Positions 42,998 through 54,337 of a DNA stretch of 64,000 nt are shown here, one piece after another. The position numbers and the translations under genes are program-made. The notes beneath the pieces were generated by a model that was given only the letters and a program-made list of their open reading frames with translations, was not told the DNA's origin and searched no databases. Position 1 is the first letter of the stretch. Each line of letters opens with the position of its first letter. This DNA comes from Rebecca billardiae RCC1528 (taxonomy: Eukaryota > Protista > Haptophyta), in contig OZ251226.1 of the NCBI GenBank assembly GCA_965240325.2, forward strand, positions 1,426,001 through 1,490,000. Direction: 5' to 3'.

Positions 42998-44569
42998 ATA
43001 GCTAGCTAGCTGTCGCGTCATGGCCCGCGGTGCAGGCGGAGCGCGCAGCGTGGAGCCCGCACCAGCGGGCCCGAACCACGTTTCAAAAAGATCTTTGATC
43101 AAGAAAAAAGGGACGGGGGGCGATTTTTAGGGCTGGCGGAGACCGAGTTTCGAGTTTTTGAGATCGCATAGAGAGGTCTATTAGGCCGAAAATAACCGCG
43201 CCCAGCTGATTCCCATAAGTAAAGTGCGATCTGGACGTCAGCTGGACGTGACATTAACGTAACGGTTCGTTACGAGCGCGAGTTTAAGTATGAGAACCGC
43301 CAACCGATAAAAACGGCAAGGCAAGGGATAGGCTTCGCGAAGGCAGAGGAGCCGCGAACATCTCAATATTATCTCGGTACGAGCGATCTTTCCGTCTCGG
43401 CGGGTCGAATAATAATTGGCGGGAAGGCCATATTCAATAGCAGTGCTCCGTTAAGGAGGAATCGAGCCGCGGGTCGTAAGTACGTCATTATATCAGTACA
43501 TTGGCTCGCTAACGGTGTTGGGGGCATAAGGTCATTTTGGGTAATTGTGGGTATTATCATACCCAGTTGGGGGCCAGGGGGCGCGCGGCACGCGCTCGCT
43601 CCAAAACGGGGCGAGCCCTCGTACTCGTCGCCCTCGATCGACCGCCATCGGTGTGGACGACCGCGCGGAGCGCGCGCCGCGCGCGCGCCGCCCGCGCGGC
43701 CGCGGGCGCCTCCCGCGCGGGTGGCGCACGCACGCCCGCGCGCCCGCCCGCGCGCGCGGCCGCGTTTGCGGGCGCGCGCGGATTTTCGAAGGCTTCTGTC
43801 TGTCGGGCGTTGCGTCCGACTCGTGCGCCATGTCGTGCCATGTCGTGGCGTGCGCATGTGCGCACTCTCGGTGGGGTGGTGCGCGGGCGGCGGCGCTCTC
43901 CTGAATTCTACCCCGCGCCCGTTTCGCTGTGCGTGCGCGCTGCGTCGCGCAGGCACGCGAGAGTACCTGCGGCTCCCGCGCGGCCGACGTGGACGGTTGC
44001 CCCGGCGCGCCGCTTCAGCACGCGCTCGCGTGTCTGCGTGGACTGGGTTATAGCGCGCGTGCCGCGCCTTCTTTTCTCGGTGCAGGCGCGCTGGCTGCAG
44101 GCCTTGGCCATCGACTACGCGGCGCGCACCCTAGCACTCCCTAGCAGCCAGCCGCGACGAGTCCGAGTCTGCGCGCGCAGATGGGCGGCGGCGCGCAGGC
44201 CGTGCGCGCGCAGATACACGAGCACGTGCGCGTGAAGGCGCTGGGCGCCGAGCTGGCAAAGCGCGACGCCGAGCTCGACGCGTGCGCGCAGAGGCGCTGG
44301 GCGCCGAGCTGGCGAAGCGAGACGCCGAGCTCGACGCGCTGCGTCACGCGGCACGGATGCGCTGGGCGCGCGCGCTGCCCTTGTCCACGCCCTGCAGCAG
44401 CTCGAGCAGGTGTGGACGGCCCTCGAAGCTACGGTGGGCGAGCGCGCGCCGCTCAGCCTGCCGCTGGCCGCCGCCATCCTCGAGGCCGACGCGGCGGAGC
44501 AGGCGGCGGGCGAGCACGGCGGCGCGGTGCGGAGCAGGGCACGCGTGCGCCTGGCGGCGGGCGCGACAC

Positions 44570-44735
44570 GCCACTCGCTTCGTCCCACCCCGAGCTCCGC
44601 TCGGTCTGCGCGTGGCTGCGCAGCGTGGGCGGGCAGCAGTGGCGCGCGCTCTCGCTATGCCGGCCCGAGGCGCGCCGGCTGAGCGACCAGCGGCCCTTCG
44701 TCGAGCGCATGGCGCAGCGCGAGCACCTCAAGCAG
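44570..44735 (+). pseudogene. Possible HMG-box-like gene fragment among decayed exons
   Basis: HPELRSV...GQQWRALS...SDQRPFVERMAQREHLKQ is followed by a GTGCGC splice donor and resembles HMG-box helices 2-3. Upstream frames shift and contain a local duplication (ALGAELAKRDAELDA twice, 44232-44340). Confidence 0.35.
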
Positions 44736-44776
44736 GTGCGCGCGCGCGCGCGCACGCGCCGGCCCGCGCCGCGCGG

Positions 44777-44878
44777 CGCCTCTCGCCCTGCACGCGCGCC
44801 GCCCCGCTTCCCCGCGCGGCCCGTCCGCGCCTCTCGCCCTGCGCGCGCGCCGCCCCGCTTCCCCGCGCGGCCCGTCCG
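44777..44878. repeat. 51-bp tandem duplication
   Basis: cgcctctcgccctgc(a/g)cgcgcgccgccccgcttccccgcgcggcccgtccg occurs twice. Confidence 0.85.
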
Positions 44879-45861
44879 CTGGTGTCCCGTGCCACCCTTG
44901 GCCGTCGGCGCGCCCATTCACGCGCCGCGAGTCCGACGGACGGGTCTGACTCTCACTCACTCTCCGAGACGGTGCGGCTCGGCCTGTCTGACTGCCAGGC
45001 AGACGCCAGACCGTGCGGATTGACGACGTCACGGTCTCATTCTCAACCACTGCGCCGCGGGCCCCCAACTGCGTTGGTTCTACGGAAAAGGACCGCGGAA
45101 CGCGGTCATAATATCATATATATATCTGCTGAAGTCAATAATCTGTATATTCTGTTAAGTGTTATTATCCTGTCACGGCACTCGGATCCTGGGCCTGGCC
45201 GATCTCAGATTCATTGATAAATCATTCTGATGCCCCCGCAGGGCGCAGCGCCCGCGAATCTCCATTGACTCCACTCTCCAAGTCTCCAGCAGCCCAGCAG
45301 TTCAGATCACCGTTCACCGTGTATGACTGACAGCTCGGACGGTTACTGTGAGTTGTATCGGACTGTGATCGGGTCCGCGATCATCACTTCCCAATGATAA
45401 CAGTCATCAATTATTATTCCGCCGACTCCTGATTGATTCGGCAATATTATATTGCCTCGCGGTCGTCGGTTTTATTATTAATATCATCAGAATATTTATA
45501 ACGACGTGGCATGCATCATGGATTAATTTGAAAAAAAATATATATATAACGACTACATCAGCGGCGCATACAGTATATTAACGACGTGGTATGCAACGGG
45601 CAGGCGTCAGAGTCAGCAAGCTGTAGCAGCAGATCGAGCAGCAGAGACAAACACCAGGAGGCAGGATCAGCGCTCCTCGCCGTCGTCCCCCCCGCCCCTC
45701 GGGCTCGTAGCCGCCCATCACTCCATCGCCGAGCGGAAGCTCGACGCACCGTCTGGCATCGACGCGCGCGCGCCACCGCGGTGGTCGAGGTGCCACGCGG
45801 CGCGCATAAATAAATATATATTTATATATAACTATATATATAACTATATATATATAGTTTT

Positions 45862-46189
<328 letters not shown>

Positions 46190-46626
46190 CGACGTGGTAT
46201 GCAACGGGCAAGCGTCAGGCTCAGAGTGCAGCAGACACATAGAATGCGTCCGCGCCTTACAACCAGGTCAGGCAGTGCGCCACCCGCAGCCCTGCCCCTC
46301 TGAGGGAGCAGGGCCGGGATGGAGCACCGCCTCGGCCTGGGGCACGCGGCGGCGACGGCAGATGCCGCCGCGGCCGAGCGCCTTCCGGAGCACTTGGATG
46401 AGGGTGAGGTCGTAGTCAATGTCGCCGCCCGCCGACCTAGCGGCGAGCAGCTGCGGCAGACGGCAGCCGCGGCTGTCGCCCCCGTGCGCCCGCGTGGGCG
46501 CCTGTCAGATGAGGATGAGGAGGTCATAGTACGCGTCGCCGCGCGCCGGCCAAGCGGCGCGCAGCTGCAGAAGAGGGGCTTGGAGAGTGAGCGCGCCGCC
46601 TAGTGCGCTCTGGGCAATGAAGCGGA

Positions 46627-46628
<2 letters not shown>

Positions 46629-46663
<35 letters not shown>
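46629..46663. repeat. (TA)n microsatellite
   Basis: Pure AT dinucleotide run. Confidence 0.9.
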
Positions 46664-46667
<4 letters not shown>

Positions 46668-47048
46668 TTTTAATTATTTTAAACAACAATTTACTGTGAG
46701 CTACGAGTGGCTGTGACGACTGCTGCTAAGCTAAGAGTCTAGATTATAGATCGTCCATATTGCGCGCCGCGCCGCCGGGTCTGGCGGGGTGCGGTGTCGG
46801 GGGACGGGTGTGCAGCCTGAATGCGGGCCCTGGCCCTGCGGCCCGTGCCGACGAAATCCTAGGTCATCGTCGGAGCCGGCGCGGCGGCGCGCGAAATCAC
46901 GGCACGCGTGCCCGGCGAGTGCCCGACTCGGCCCTCGGGCACGGTAGTCCGCAGCCAAATCTGCTCCACAGCTAGTAGACGACCACGCAGAGCGCGCCGG
47001 TGTGGTGTTCGTGGCCGGCGTGCACGGCCGCGTGCCGCGGCCAACTCC

Positions 47049-47828
47049 TCATGCGCCAACACCCTCATCACGGAAGGCTGTGGTCATGTCGACTGCCTCT
47101 TCGAGGGGAGGGTCAATCCAGTCAATCAACACCTTGTCCGGCCGCTGCAGTGGCGGGCCGCGCCTGCACCATCGCACGAAAGACTTGAGCTGCGGTACTG
47201 GCCCGTCGACGGTGAGCTCGAGATGGTGGTCATCAAGCCAGTGCGGCGTGTAGGTGAGCTGGCGGTTGAAGCCGGCCTCGATCTTGGTGTGGCGCAACGT
47301 GTAATCGAGCACCTGCTTGTCTCCATGCATGTCGATCTTCACGCGCCGATCCACCTGCATGTCAAAGTTGATCAGAGGGAATGCCGTGCTGTACATCCCC
47401 GAGCTAGACACGAGGTCCTTCGCCTCAATGGACGCGAGCTCGCACGGGCCATCGATCTCAGCACACGTCTCCTCGAGATACTGCTTGATCCAATCAACAA
47501 ACTTATCCACGCGCTTGCCCTCGGCGATAATCTCGATGCGATCGACGCCCAAGCCGTAGACGACGCCAGTAAGCCCGCGCTTGAAGCCAGCCTCCATGCG
47601 GCACTGGGCAGCAAGCTTGGCCAGAACATTCCGTGGCGCGACGACCTTGATCGAGACCCGATCTGGCACGCTTGATTCGTCCAGCACAATGCGAGCGCGA
47701 GGGAGCTGCAGCTGGTGGGCTCGCGGGAAGCACACCGGTTGCGCCAACGCGAGGCGTGAGGCGACGGTAGGAGCGCCCGCCCCGGTGATGAAAGCCTGGG
47801 TCGCGAGGACGACGATCGCAGGCAGCAT
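47049..47828 (-). CDS. Plastid-targeted protein with two tandem acylphosphatase-like domains
   Basis: Signal peptide MLPAIVVLATQAF plus transit peptide. Repeat 1 is EAGFKRGLTGVVYGLGVDRIEIIAEGKRVDKFVDWI. Repeat 2 is EAGFNRQLT...LELTVDGPVPQLKSFVRWCRRGPP. The canonical VQGVGFR and WVxN catalytic motifs are absent. Confidence 0.7.
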   Translation of the reverse strand: MLPAIVVLATQAFITGAGAPTVASRLALAQPVCFPRAHQLQLPRARIVLDESSVPDRVSIKVVAPRNVLAKLAAQCRMEAGFKRGLTGVVYGLGVDRIEIIAEGKRVDKFVDWIKQYLEETCAEIDGPCELASIEAKDLVSSSGMYSTAFPLINFDMQVDRRVKIDMHGDKQVLDYTLRHTKIEAGFNRQLTYTPHWLDDHHLELTVDGPVPQLKSFVRWCRRGPPLQRPDKVLIDWIDPPLEEAVDMTTAFRDEGVGA

Positions 47829-47972
47829 CGCAATGACGCCGGATGACGGTCTCGATGTCAGCGGCCGAGAGCGCTCTCGCGACGCCGACGACACGCGAGC
47901 GGCCGCCTCGCTCACCCGGCTGATTTTGTTTGGTGCGTCACAACGCGACGAATTCGAGCCGAGTGGCTTAGT

Positions 47973-48647
47973 ATGGCGGCGCAGCTCGGCACGTGGTGCA
48001 GGCGCGCGCTCTTGAGTGCTCGCCGTGGTGGGCCCAGCGTTCGCCTCGGACCTGTGTGCGCCGCGTGCGCCGGAGCTTCATGTGCGCTAGCGCTGGGCAT
48101 GCCCACTTCCGCGAGGGTGGAGTGCTCGGGCGCTGCTGGGCGACGAGCGGCCGCAACGGCGGTGGTCGAGCTGCCTGAAAGGCGATTCCGGATCGACGAG
48201 CTTGTTGTGGGCGATGGCGACGGTCCAGCCGTGGATGGCGCATACGTGAGCATTCACTACCGCGTCACGGTCGCTGAAAGTGGCGACGAGCTCGATCGCA
48301 CCCGCGACGCACCAGGCTTCCTGGACCGCATGTTTGGGGAGCCAGCCGTGTTCAAGCTCGGCGACCTCTCGAAAAAGCGCGTCATCGGCGGGATACACGA
48401 GGCCGTGCGAGGCATGCACGTCGGTGGCAAGCGCGTAGTGCGGATGGTCCTGAAGGACCCGGAGTTCGGCTATGATACGCTACCGCCCGACACGCAGGGC
48501 CGACCAATCATCCTGCATCCCTGGACAGACTTGATCATCGAAGTGGAGCTCGTCTCTATCGCACTCGCAGCAGAGCATCCGGCTGAAGGCCGCTTGGGGA
48601 TTGCTGGCGTGCTCGACAGCCTTCGAGCCCAGCTGGCTTTGCTCTGA
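47973..48647 (+). CDS. FKBP-type peptidyl-prolyl isomerase (divergent), organelle-targeted
   Basis: DELVVGDG, VSIHY, FKLG...VIGGIHEAVRGMHVGGKR, PEFGY and LIIEVELVSI, with an Arg/Ala-rich N-terminus. Confidence 0.85.
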   Translation: MAAQLGTWCRRALLSARRGGPSVRLGPVCAACAGASCALALGMPTSARVECSGAAGRRAAATAVVELPERRFRIDELVVGDGDGPAVDGAYVSIHYRVTVAESGDELDRTRDAPGFLDRMFGEPAVFKLGDLSKKRVIGGIHEAVRGMHVGGKRVVRMVLKDPEFGYDTLPPDTQGRPIILHPWTDLIIEVELVSIALAAEHPAEGRLGIAGVLDSLRAQLALL

Positions 48648-50681
48648 CCCCACATGGAGTCGTCGAACGCTGGTGGCAACCGTTCGATCCGCAACGCGGT
48701 CTGCAGGGCCGCCGCCAGCCACGCCCACATGGCACATCCCTCACCCTCTCCCAATCAGATGGCTTCAATCAATGAACTCGTGAGGAGCCAACGTGATGGT
48801 TCAACGTTGCTACAATGTGACACGTGTCACGTGGCCGTGCATCGAGTACACTGGCGTGCCGTTCCAGCACTGTGCCTAGCTTGCATTCCCATAGTGATAG
48901 TACCTCAGCCGATTCGACGAGAGTGTCCGGCCAGTAAGCCAGTCACTCAGTGACGACGCTCGGCTGCAGTCGACGCCTCACTTAACTACTAAAGGCTGCT
49001 ATATGTGGAGTTATAGGGAATCTATAACTGAGTGTCTACATGAGCAGCGACGCCAAGAATCCGCGGCGGCTCGCATGGCATTCCAGCGTAGACCGTCGTG
49101 CCCCGCGCGCACCGCGCCGCGCGCAGCCGCAGGACTAGGAGTCCTGGTGCGCTGCTCGGCCAATTCGGCCCGCACAGCGGCGCACCTGCAGGACTCGGTT
49201 TGTTCCTCGCTCATCGGGGCCAAGTTATCGGGGCCAACCACCCGTCCCAGAAAGCCCCTGAGCCCGTCTTCGGCTCAGCGGGCTCAAAACCTACCGACGG
49301 TAGGTTTTGAGCTCAATGACTACGAAATGGGCTGGCAACGAATAGCTGCGGGTATTTTTCAATACCGCGGGGAGCCTTGATGTAGGTGGCTGGGACGGGT
49401 GGCTTCGCTCCGTGGGGCGCATCGGGCTGCTTTCGACGAAGGCGCCGAGCTGGGCAGGGGGATCGCCTGCATCGGACCACTCAGGTGCACTCTCCAGTCT
49501 CCGCCGCAGGAGCCGGAGGTGCACCGGAGGCCGCAGCCCCTCTGGCGGGCTCTGCTCGGTAAGGTCGCTGGCTGTCCGTGTGACAGTCACTCCGTGACCG
49601 TGTGGCCTGGCTCCCCGCCTGATGGCTGATCGTTCGGCGGCGCGACTACATCATCTGTCCTCGCCGCGTCGCCCCTCATGCAATGCCCTCTTGCTCTCGC
49701 CGCTGTTGCGTCAACCCGCACGCTTCGGCATCGTTTGCGGGCGCCCTCTCGACCTCGGGCAGCAGCTCAACCGCCACGGCCCACGCTGCTGCCAGCGCCC
49801 GCTCGGGCCGCTGTCGTTCGTTGCTCAAATCCCAACATAACTAGCTGAACCTGATCGTTCCAAATCATCGTGGTCTACCCCACGACGCCGCGCGCCACGA
49901 CCATCCAGCTCCAGTCGTACCCGACACCATACGAGACGGGACATGGCGGAGTCGGGAGTGGCTAGACATATATCTAGATATATCTAGATATCTATATATC
50001 TATATCTATATATATATATTATAAACTACACTGGGGTCCCCAACCGCAATTGCTCCGGGACACTGCTTTTTGCTGACTACGGCTGCTGACGATCACGATG
50101 AGATGCGCAGCGTTTCTGTACCGCTTGCCAAACTAACGTGCGAGATCGGCACGCCGAGGCCCCCAAAAAAACATTTTCTGTGCTTCGTCGGACCAATAGA
50201 CTAAACGAAGATCGGCTAGGAGATCGGAAGAGAATCAGCTTTGCAGCCGAAGGCCCTCTTGGGAGTCGGAGCTCCTTCCAAGCAGGGCGGCGCGGCCTCA
50301 CCGCCGCCGCCGCGTCTGGGAGAGGAATCTCGGAATTCCTCAACGACACCATGAGCACGCTGCCCGGCGTCGCCGGCGCCGCGCACGTGGCGTTGCCCTC
50401 GGCGCGCTCCTCGGGGGAGCACGACGAACACGCGCTGCCCGCACCCGTCGACGCCTTCCTCTTCGCCTTGGGCGCGCTCGTGCTATGGAACCTGCGAGTG
50501 CAGGAGCAGAAGCTCTTTATCTAAATGTCGTGCGGCACCCGTTGGCCCGAGTGCACGCCGCGCCGCGCCGTGCTGAGGGGGCAAGCATGCGCGGCTGGGC
50601 GCCGCTCGGCCGGCTGCTGAGGTCGCGCAAGTCGGTGAATTCGGCGCGCGACCCGAGGCTCCCCAGCGAGGAGTCGAGCAG

Positions 50682-51020
50682 ATGGATGTCCCATCTGCGG
50701 CTTACGGAGAGGCTGAACCGTTATGCGGTACGATGACGAGCACGCATGGCGATGTTTACAAGGTCGTCGACACCCAGGGTGGGCTGGCTATGGTGAAGCT
50801 CACACGACGCGCGTCCGCCGAGAACAGCACAGCCCGATGCAAGGCCCAGCTTCTCAGGAAGCTCAGGTACGCGTCCGGCGCGCTGCCTGGATGCAGCACG
50901 CACATCACAGTGCCCCTCGTCGCCCGCCGCCGTTCGCTTGTACGCCTGCAGGTGGAGGTGTCCACTGCGTACCAGTATTCATTGGGACGGGCGACGCCCG
51001 AGGACAGAGGGCGATGGGCA
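50682..51020 (+). pseudogene. Decayed protein-kinase N-lobe fragment, copy A
   Basis: HGDVYKVVDTQGGLAMVKLTRR...KAQLLRKL...VEVSTAYQYSLG. It is similar at nucleotide level to the reverse complement of 52540-53000. Confidence 0.45.
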
Positions 51021-52539
51021 TATCCTGGCACGGCAGGGTTCCATTCCAATTCAGCCCTCGCGGCACGCGCGCGCGCCGTACGCGCGCGCAGTTCTTCACG
51101 ATCACCTCACGGCCGGGGCGCGACGCGCGCGCGCCCGGCGGCCTTAGTCAGGAGGCGGCGTGACTCTGACGATCGTGGAGACGGACTTTGTATACCTCTG
51201 TGGATGGCGGCATCGGACGCAGCTGAGTGACTTCAAGGTCCGGACCCGGGCGCCGAGACCGCGGACAGACTCGTAGATTTTGGACGCCGGACGCGGTCCT
51301 GACCGCTGACACCCTGACGAGTGACGGCTGACCTGCACCGGCCGCGCCGGAGCCGGGTGCCGGGCGCGGCAGCGCCGGGCGCGCCTCAGACAGGAGTCAG
51401 CTGGCATCAGGCTCCCGCTCAGGGCCGCGCAGGCGGCCTACATCAGCCTTACTGCTGCGGTACGGCTGATGCTATCTATATACTTATATGATCAGCATGC
51501 TGCTATATATGAATATGATGCCATCTGCTCAGTCTCAGTAAGTCAGATCAGATCCGCCGGCGTCTTCTCACGACTTCTGTCTTGCGCGGACCGACTTAGG
51601 CCGGGCGTCACGGTGTAACTGCTCGGACCCGCGTGCCACTCGGACAGCGGCTCCGGCTCCCGCCCCGGTGCCGCACTCGACAGTCGACTGGCGACCGACT
51701 GGCGCCGCTGTCTCGTCACTGACGCGTACGGCGGACGGTCTGACGGACTGACACGTCGAGTCCGACTGTCCGAGCCCTCGTCGGCTACTACGGAGTACGG
51801 TGCTATGACTGTCTCACGTTATCGAACTGACGCGTGTCTCAGTCTGGCTCTCCTGTCTCCGTCGATCCGACTCGTCTGTCGGACCGTGCGGTCATCCGTG
51901 CCGGTCCGGAGAGTACAAGTCACGCACTGAGTCTGAGTCCGGCGGTCCCGGAGTGACCGTCGGACTGACAGTCTGACTGCTGGAGCAGTATCTGAGCGGT
52001 ACTAGCCGACGGTACGGACGTAGTTTAAGTTTTGAATAAGTTTGCAATGGCGACGGCGCCCGTTTAGATTATTAATCGATCGACGACGATAATATTTAGC
52101 GCGCGCGGCATGACAGCCGGCATGACGATCGAGCCCGACGCGCCGAACTTCTCGGAGGAGGCCTGAGCACTGTCGTGACCGTTGCCAACGGTCACGACTC
52201 CGGACACCCTGGGACTGGCTGGGTGGGCGGCCGCGGGCCAGCCCGGTCATTACGCGGCAGCCGTCGTCCGTGTGTGACTGAACGACGCGGACTCGTCAGC
52301 CGGACGACTGACTGGCGGCGGCACCGCGTCCCGCACTCCGCCGCGCCGGCGGCGCGTCGGCGCGCGGCGACGCAGGCTTGGTGCACGACCGCGAAGGCAC
52401 GGCAGCCGAAGCCAGTTGCGTAGGCGACTGCGTCAGCACGTGTGTGCCCCGGACTCGACCGTCTGCCGCACAACGGAGCCTGTTGCCGCCACGCAAGCCC
52501 AGCGGCGCGCGCTGCGCACGCTCGGACCGCGCGGGCTGG

Positions 52540-53000
52540 CTTGCCCTCAGCTGTCCTCGCGCATCGCCTGTCCCAATCAATACGGGTACGCCGTGGACGC
52601 CTCCACAAGCCGAAGGCGAAGGGCGTGATCATCGAGTGCCTCGGATGCCAGCAGAAGGAGTTTGGCATCGGCACGGACGTCGGTGGGTGGACGTTCGACG
52701 GCACCGACAAGCACTCCATGACCGAGTCTGCCAGCTTCATGTACCGCCGCTTCTGCTTCGGCCCGATGCGTGAGACGACGTACGTGCTGAGCGGGCCGCA
52801 AGCCACTCGGCGGCCGGTCCACGCCGCACGCGGGGTGCGGCCAAGCTCGGCCTGACGGCGGTGTGGTTGCCAGCGGTCGGGCGTCGTGTGAGTTTCACCG
52901 CAGGCCGCCCCCCCTGCGCATTGACGACCATGCAAACGTCGCCGTACGCGCCCGATCCCGCACGAGTTGCCTTGCACAGTAAGCCGTATGGCCCATCGTG
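52540..53000 (-). pseudogene. Decayed protein-kinase N-lobe fragment, copy B (inverted), interrupted by a foreign fragment
   Basis: The minus strand reads AGSGAYGDVCMVVNAQGGRPAVKLTRR (GxGxYG starting at 52958, then AVK). Further on it reads LVEASTAYPY*LG. Confidence 0.5.
52605..52810 (+). pseudogene. Scramblase-like exon fragment
   Basis: KPKAKGVIIECLGCQQKEF...SMTESASFMYRRFCFGPMRET resembles phospholipid-scramblase motifs (E..GCE and E.S....R.C.G..R). No start codon or full gene surrounds it. Confidence 0.4.
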
Positions 53001-54337
53001 GACGCCCTTCGCAAGCTGTCGCCACTTCGCCGCGGTCTCCTAGTTTTCCGCTCCCGCAAGCCTTCAACTTTGCTTGAGACCCCTTCGACCGCTGAGAAAC
53101 CCGCACAAATCCAGCGAACAGTGGCCGAGATGCTAACAAGATTGCAGCTAGGCCGAATCGGCATCATCGTGCCTTTCGGGATGACGATTGGCTCTTTCAA
53201 CTTTGATTCCAAAGATTCATAAAGATGCTATTGAGATAATATGTCTCACTTTGTCCCGGGAGAAGTTGAGATGATCCATCGACCGACCAATGGGAAGGCA
53301 GAACCGCGGGCATCGCGAAAAAAAGCGTGAATTGTTCGCGGGTTGCGGCCCAGGCCCGACAAAAAACGCAGCGGGTCAGAGGCTAGCTCATTAGCGCCAC
53401 TGTGGACCTTACGTACTCCTCGGATGACGACAGGTAGTGGTTGCAGCGAGCGGCGCGCTCTGTCATGCGGCCTATTCGTCAATCCCCCAATGCTGTACAG
53501 GACTACCGAGACGGTGTAACAGCTACTGTACTAATACTACTATCAGAATTTACCGAGTTACTCACGCGGTCGCTCGCGGCAGACCGATTCATCAGTCTGA
53601 GCAGTGTCCCTCCTCATCGGCGGCGTCACGATCGCGGGGCCTGTAGCCAGTGTAAGCCGCAGTCACGGACACGGACACGGCGTGACGGCGGGACAGATCC
53701 GATCCGACGACGCGGCTCAGGGCTAGTCAGTGGCTACTGGCTCAGCGCGCGCTGCGTCATTCGGCGGCGGTCATTGCCATTGGGGTCCGTGCTGCTTCTA
53801 GTTGCAAGGAAGTGACCGGTAGGCTGCTCGTGGTAGTCCGAGTCCGTGCCAACCCTGGCACGTATCCATGCGCATGGTCGCCGAATAAGTCAGTGGAATG
53901 ACGGCCTTGTCATCCTTTATCGCTTTGCGCAGCATCCTGGTCTGCAACCCTCGCAAGTGTGGGTCGCATGTCGGGATAGCCCTCGGGAGTCAAGCCGTAG
54001 ACGACGTTGATGTCACGAGAAAGGAGCTCGACGCCACGACGAGCACTGTCACGCCGAACCTCGAGCTCGCCTTTGGAGAGTGCACAGCGCAAGATGCGCA
54101 TCAAGCGCGTGCTCACCTCGGCCTGCGGGGCAGCCATGCTGGAGGGCGGACGTTTTGGCGGTGCTGTTTCAGGAAACAGAAATGCTGGTAAACAGAAAAT
54201 CATCGCCGAAGGACCAGAACGAAGACCGCGCGCGATCCACGTCCACCTCGGCCCATCGTGGGGTCGTGGGCCAAAGGCAGTCAAGGGCTGAAGTTCGTGG
54301 ACCCCGCTCGAGTTGCAGCTGCCGTCCACGCCACAGC

